Source: Phallusia mammillata
Lineage: Eukaryota
DNA: 64,000 bases
Assembly (NCBI GenBank): GCA_965637545.1
Contig: OZ281494.1
Location: 17,298,001-17,362,000, forward strand
Direction of reading: 5' to 3'
The position numbers and the translations under genes were made by a program. The stretch's first letter is position 1. Every line of letters begins with the position of its first letter. Positions 59,508 through 64,000 of this stretch are shown one piece after another. The notes beneath the pieces were generated by a model. The model saw only the letters and a list, made by a program, of their open reading frames with translations. It was not told where the DNA came from and ran no database searches.

Positions 59508-60037
59508 TAGGGTTCCTTCCCGGGAATGTCTCGACGGGAAATTCCCGGGATTTCCCGGCAAAATTACGTTCCCGAATCCCGGGAAATTTGTTTTCAATTC
59601 CCGGGAAACAGACAAACAAGCAAAAACGTGTTAATTTTGTAAAAAAATAACGGAAATGTTTAAATTTCTGCTAGCTGTTACGAAAATACGGCGTGTTGTA
59701 ATTTTAATGATAAAGTAAGTAAGCGTTTTTATACGAGGTGGCGAATTATTTTCGCGAAAATGCGCCACCCAGCGGTACTAGAAAAAGCAAATTTATTTTT
59801 CGTAATTTCTGAATCTTGTTTACCTTCAAACAAGATTGCAAATATAGTTTCATCGACAAAATCATGGCTAATTAGATGCCTCCAGCGAAAATAAACTAAT
59901 TTTGCGATTGCAATGACTTAATTACCCACAAAAAATCGGCACATTTTTCAGTCGGGAATTCCCGGGAATCCCGGGAAATGAAAAAAATATTTCCCGATTC
60001 CCGGGAATTAAAAAATCCGGGAAATAGAGGAACCCTA
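59508..60037. mobile_element. hAT MITE with TAGGG termini and TTCCCGGGAA palindromic repeats
   Basis: TIRs tagggttcct / aggaacccta; perfect TSD attctgaa (59500-59507, 60038-60045). Confidence 0.9.
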
Positions 60038-60357
60038 ATTCTGAATCTGAGCAATTTCTTCGCTGTTAGGATTTACAAATTCGACACGGTTGGGTGCATC
60101 AGCGGCAAAAATACAAATGACGCATTTCATAGAAATTAAAAATCGAATATAAAGTGATCGACACCGACACGAAAACACTGGATCAGCACGCAACAGTTTG
60201 ATGAAAGTGTTTAAAAACTAACGTTGTACTTTAAAGCATTTTTTTAAGGAAATACTTGCGCATATAGTTTCGATGCAATGTTTTCGTTCCCTGAGCAGGT
60301 CGTTTGGGCAAACTGTAACTGAAAATGCCAACAACTGCATTGGCGCTGGCACTTGTG

Positions 60358-60515
60358 TTAATCAGGAAGTTCAAGGCCCCTTTGGTTCCAAATCTGTTTT
60401 GATAACAGATCTTCGCTTTTGCTTTCTCTGCATTCATCTTCATCAAGAAGTTTTCCTTGCCCAAACGTGCCTACTCCATCGTAACGACCAACAGTTACAA
60501 TGAAATGCAAGTCAC
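60358..60515 (-). CDS. Candidate terminal coding exon of an unidentified gene whose upstream exons lie to the right
   Basis: Acceptor ttaacttgtggcag|, phase 1, reads (G)DLHFIVTVGRYDGVGTFGQGKLLDEDECRESKSEDLLSKQIWNQRGLELPD*. No family recognised. Confidence 0.3.
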
Positions 60516-60619
60516 CTGCCACAAGTTAAACGTCTGTCAGCGCTAAAAATTAAAAGCGAACCAACTTAAGATGTCGACAATACAACAAAAGCTAACACAA
60601 ATTTTGAGTTAGCCTGTAG

Positions 60620-60800
60620 CAGGGGTGCACAACCTGCGGCCGTGAACATGTAAATTAAAATAAAGGTGACGGCAGTGACGCAAATAAAACTCTTTGGTAA
60701 AAAAATTCTAAAACTCTCTTTAGATTTTTAAACCGCTCTGAATGAATTTTGTGGGGAACATTTCCAGTCTAAATATCCACATGTGTCAGACTTTTTGTAC
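60620..60800. mobile_element. Left end of a hAT MITE with no right end in the window
   Basis: caggggtgcacaacctgcggccg resembles the hAT ends at 53183; no complementary TIR downstream in the window. Confidence 0.55.
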
Positions 60801-60915
60801 ATCTATTATGGGGCGCCGTTTGTAAAAATATCAATGACATTTCTAAAAAGCCTTTTTTGCCCAAATAATGAAGCCCTTTGTAAAAATATGCATGTGTAAA
60901 GAACCACGTCATTTT

Positions 60916-61211
60916 GATTTAGCTATATCAGAATGGGAATGCCATTCCGATTTAGCTATATCAGAACGGGAATAACAGTTCCATTCCGATTTAGCTATAT
61001 CAGAACGGGAATGTCATTTTCATTTCGATTTAGTTAAATCAGAACGGGAATAACATTTCCGTTCCGTTTTAGCTATTTCAGAACGGGAATGCCATTCCGA
61101 TTTAGCTAAATCAGAAGAGGAATAAAATTTCCGTTCCGATTTAGCTAAATCAGAACGGGAATGCCATTCCGATTTAGCTAAATCAGAACGGGAATGCCAT
61201 TCCGATTTAGC
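60916..61211. repeat. Tandem array of eight 33/39-bp units, each made of two palindromes
   Basis: Units start at 60916, 60949, 60988, 61027, 61066, 61099, 61138, 61171, with a partial at 61204. Consensus gatttagctaaatc-agaacg-ggaatgccattcc. Confidence 0.93.
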
Positions 61212-61357
61212 ACTGAACCATGACGAACTGAGTGATGGACCGGACCATAATAACCAACGGGGTGTAAGGACTTAAATTACATGCAACGTTTCGGGGTTTG
61301 TCTAATTCGCAACCGGTCAGAAATCTGCTGTTAGTTGACAACTGTAACATATTATTT

Positions 61358-61401
61358 AATTGCAATCAATTAAATTGCAATCAATTAATTGTAATCAATT
61401 A
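61358..61401. repeat. Three tandem 14-15-bp near-palindromic AT-rich units
   Basis: aattgcaatcaatta / aattgcaatcaatt / aattgtaatcaatta. Confidence 0.8.
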
Positions 61402-61513
61402 AATACAGTTAAACATTAGCAATGCAATGAACGAACGGTGTGGATAATCTCGGTTCCAAAACCAGAAATATGGAACGTGGACGTCGTAGAGGCGGACCTG
61501 CATGTGTTTTATT

Positions 61514-62823
61514 ATGGTTAGTTTGGTAACATCCATGCAAGAGCATTTTTTTATTTTCTTTATTCTACTTCAAGGGAAGGCCAAAAAAGCAAGTTCCGAT
61601 GGACAGGTTGTTGGAACTTTTGCAACTTAAAGTCTCAATTACAAAAATTGCAAAAATCTTGGAAATTTCCCGACCAACCCTAAAAAGGGTTATGAGAGAA
61701 AACGATGTGGATATTAATCAGTACAGGTATATCATGAACTTTGTTTTGGTTCTAAATGAGTATACTGTATCTGATCAATGTGTATACACAGGTTCAAAAA
61801 GTACATTTTCTCAAGGTCGGGTATTTATTTTGCAGTTCGTTGACCAATAATGAGTTGGATGATGTAGTCCGCAACATAAAACAAAACCACCCAGCAGCTG
61901 GAGAGGCAATGATGAAGGGTCATCTTCAATCACAGGGTATACGTATCCAAAGAAAAAGATTGCGTCAGAGTCTTCACCGAGTTGATGGCGAGGGGATCCA
62001 TGCAAGACAGCTGACTACAATAAGCAGAAGGACCTACACTGTTCCGTGTCCTAATTATATTTGGCACATAGATGGAACACATAAGCTCATAAGATGGAAA
62101 TTTGTCATACATGCAGCTATGGATGGCTTTAGTCGTCTCATTACATTCTGCCACTGTTCAACCAATAACAGATCATCTGTAGTGTTAAAATTGTTTAAGG
62201 AAGCTGAAGCAAAATATGGTTTACCATTACATGTTCGATCCGACTATGGAGGAGAAAATGTGCAAGTGTGGAATTACATGCTAGAAAAGCATCAGAACTA
62301 TCATGCAGTTATTACTGGAAGCTCTGTCCATAACCAGCGCATTGAAAGGTTCAACCGTGATATAAACACACAAGTTGTAAATAAATTTTACAATGACTTT
62401 TTCTTTCTTGAAGAAAGTAATTTGCTTGACCCAACAAATGATACAGATTTGTTTTGTTTACATTTTGTGTTTTGCCACATCATTAATAAGCGAATCCAGG
62501 AGTTTGTTAATGCTTGGAACAAGCACAGTCTTTCCACTGAAAAAAATTGCACTCCTGAACAGTTGTTTCATCTTAACTTACATTTACTTCAACTGCAAAC
62601 TTTAAACGATACTGGTAAAATAGATAGTGAGGATATTGTATGCCCAGGTACAAGTTCTGTTGAAGTAGACGCTATTCCCCATTTACCACATGAATGTGTG
62701 AGTGAGCTACAGGACCTATTGCAGCAAAACTCTAATCTAGATGGAATTATTTTGTATAAAAATGCAGTCAATAAAACGTTGGAATATTTAATCCGGACAC
62801 AACACAATGCTTTGGTAGTGTAA
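61514..62823 (+). CDS. HTH plus retroviral-integrase-fold DDE transposase (IS3/IS481-related, IS3EU-like), intron-containing
   Basis: Exons 61575-61726 (GRPKKQVPMDRLLELL..ITKIAKILEISRPTLKR, HTH) and 61836-62823, joined by GT-AG intron 61727-61835. The likely start is ATG|gttagt at 61514-61516 (in-frame ATG also at 61502; uncertain). Catalytic motifs WHIDGTHKL, DGFSR, VRSDYGGEN and SVHNQRIER are intact with no internal stops. Confidence 0.85.
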
Positions 62824-63032
62824 ATTTGATGCATGAACTAATGTAACAGTTTTTTGATTTGCATGTTTTGAAAACAACACAAAAATGTGCCAGCAAGATG
62901 TCATTTATTTCGGGTTTAAATCCAGGTAGTGACCAGAAAAGCACTGGCTAAAAAAGATCAAAAACAAAAGAACACCCAACTAGCCATTTCAAAGGATCCA
63001 AAATATCAGGGTAGATTTGTGTTATATTTCAG

Positions 63033-64000
63033 TTAAGCAACACCAAATCCGGGGGAATTCAGGATTGCAAAATCCATTGCTTCTTTGAAGTTTTCATACT
63101 TGCTGTATCTTGTGGGTACAGTCAATATGTTCGCACAAGTGTTTGCCAAAGGGTACATAGACTCGTTCGAGAACTCAATGGATGGAGTTGGAGAAAAACC
63201 AAGAGGAGGCACTTGATCTGCCCCAGTTGCAAATATTAAAATTTCTTTTATTGAACATAAAGATTCCCCATCTGAAATGAAAGTCAAAACACAAGTCATG
63301 TGTTGTATGCTAATGTGCTGAATGTGAATACCTTCAACATCCAGTATGTAATCCCTCCAGAAGGAAACCGCCCGATTTTCCTGGCATCTTTCGTTGCTTC
63401 CAGGTTCTGATAGATTTAAATTGATGAAAATTGAGTCAACAATTTCTATGCCACTCAATGGTTTATTGTTTTGCCACAGAAAAATATCCTCAAATCCATT
63501 TGGTGCCAATTTTGCCTTATGTAGCAAATTATGTGTCATTAGACCAAGTCTAAACCTTGAAATAAACAAAAACCTCTTACTGTCTCAGTAATATAAATCA
63601 TTGCTTTTAAGCCATACCTGGCCAATAACTCGGTAAGGCGATCCTCTGTATAAAATTTAATTGCTTTTTCAACAATGTCATTTTTGCATGACAGGTCCTT
63701 CACAAATGTAATGGAACCACAAATAGACAAGAAATCATCCATATCTGACAATGCCACATTTAATTCCTCTACTGTATCAGTATTTTTGATCTGTTGACAA
63801 GTTGAATTTATCTTACAAAGTTGACAGTTTAACATACAAATACTATACAATTGAATTAGCGCTTACTTTTGTTAACTTGGAAAACAAGACAGGGTCATTT
63901 ATAGTTGCAAGAGCGTCCAAAAAATTTCTTGATCTATCAAGAACTTGATCATACAATAACTGGGAAAAAAAGCGTGGAGCAGGCCCACCATGAATGATTG
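63033..64000 (-). CDS. HECT-domain E3 ubiquitin ligase (G2E3-like HECT), 3' exons only
   Basis: Exons >64000-63867, 63790-63618, 63555-63332, 63271-63033, GT-AG and phase-consistent. Motifs IIHGGPAPRFFS, RFRLGL, FWRDYI, ILIFATGADQVPPLGFSPTPSIEF, catalytic PLANTCANIL, terminal GFGVA*. AATAAA on the minus strand at ~62904-62909. Confidence 0.88.

Larger units (their letters stand above)
60807..64000. mobile_element. Putative large IS3EU-like DNA transposon (DDE transposase plus HECT ligase cargo), right end outside the window
   Basis: Intact transposase gene, convergent HECT gene, upstream repeat arrays and a candidate terminus tatggggcgcc at 60807. Boundaries are inferred. Confidence 0.55.

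Noticed and set aside
60916-61211. CRISPR array interpretation of the 33/39-bp repeats
   Set aside because: No unique spacers (the variable part is only 8-14 nt and self-similar), no cas genes, and the context is spliced eukaryotic DNA.
60916-61211. Repeat array as a coding repeat (minus frame AKSEWHSRSDL)n
   Set aside because: In-frame stops occur in the frames examined and there is no start or splice context.

Overview
AT-rich, intron-dense animal genomic DNA, most likely an invertebrate chordate such as an ascidian tunicate (inference from compact introns, a Fos with a vertebrate-like C-terminus and a TrpRS with no WHEP domain in the window). Five host genes were rebuilt exon by exon with consistent splice phases: PLEKHH1/2 (minus, 20 coding exons, 3' end beyond the left edge), Fos (plus, 3 exons), PIGN (plus, 10 exons), cytosolic TrpRS/WARS1 (minus, 10 exons) and BRMS1/BRMS1L (minus, 8 exons, with a U12-type AT-AC intron). 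About ten non-autonomous DNA-transposon insertions (mostly hAT MITEs with 8-bp target-site duplications) and a Helentron-like repeat are scattered through it. The most unusual region is the last ~3.2 kb. It holds an intact, intron-containing HTH plus DDE integrase-fold transposase (IS3EU-like) lying tail-to-tail with an intron-containing HECT E3 ubiquitin ligase that keeps its catalytic Cys, preceded by an array of 33/39-bp double-palindrome repeats. This is a candidate DNA transposon carrying a ubiquitin ligase. All family calls come from motif recognition by eye, with no database searches.
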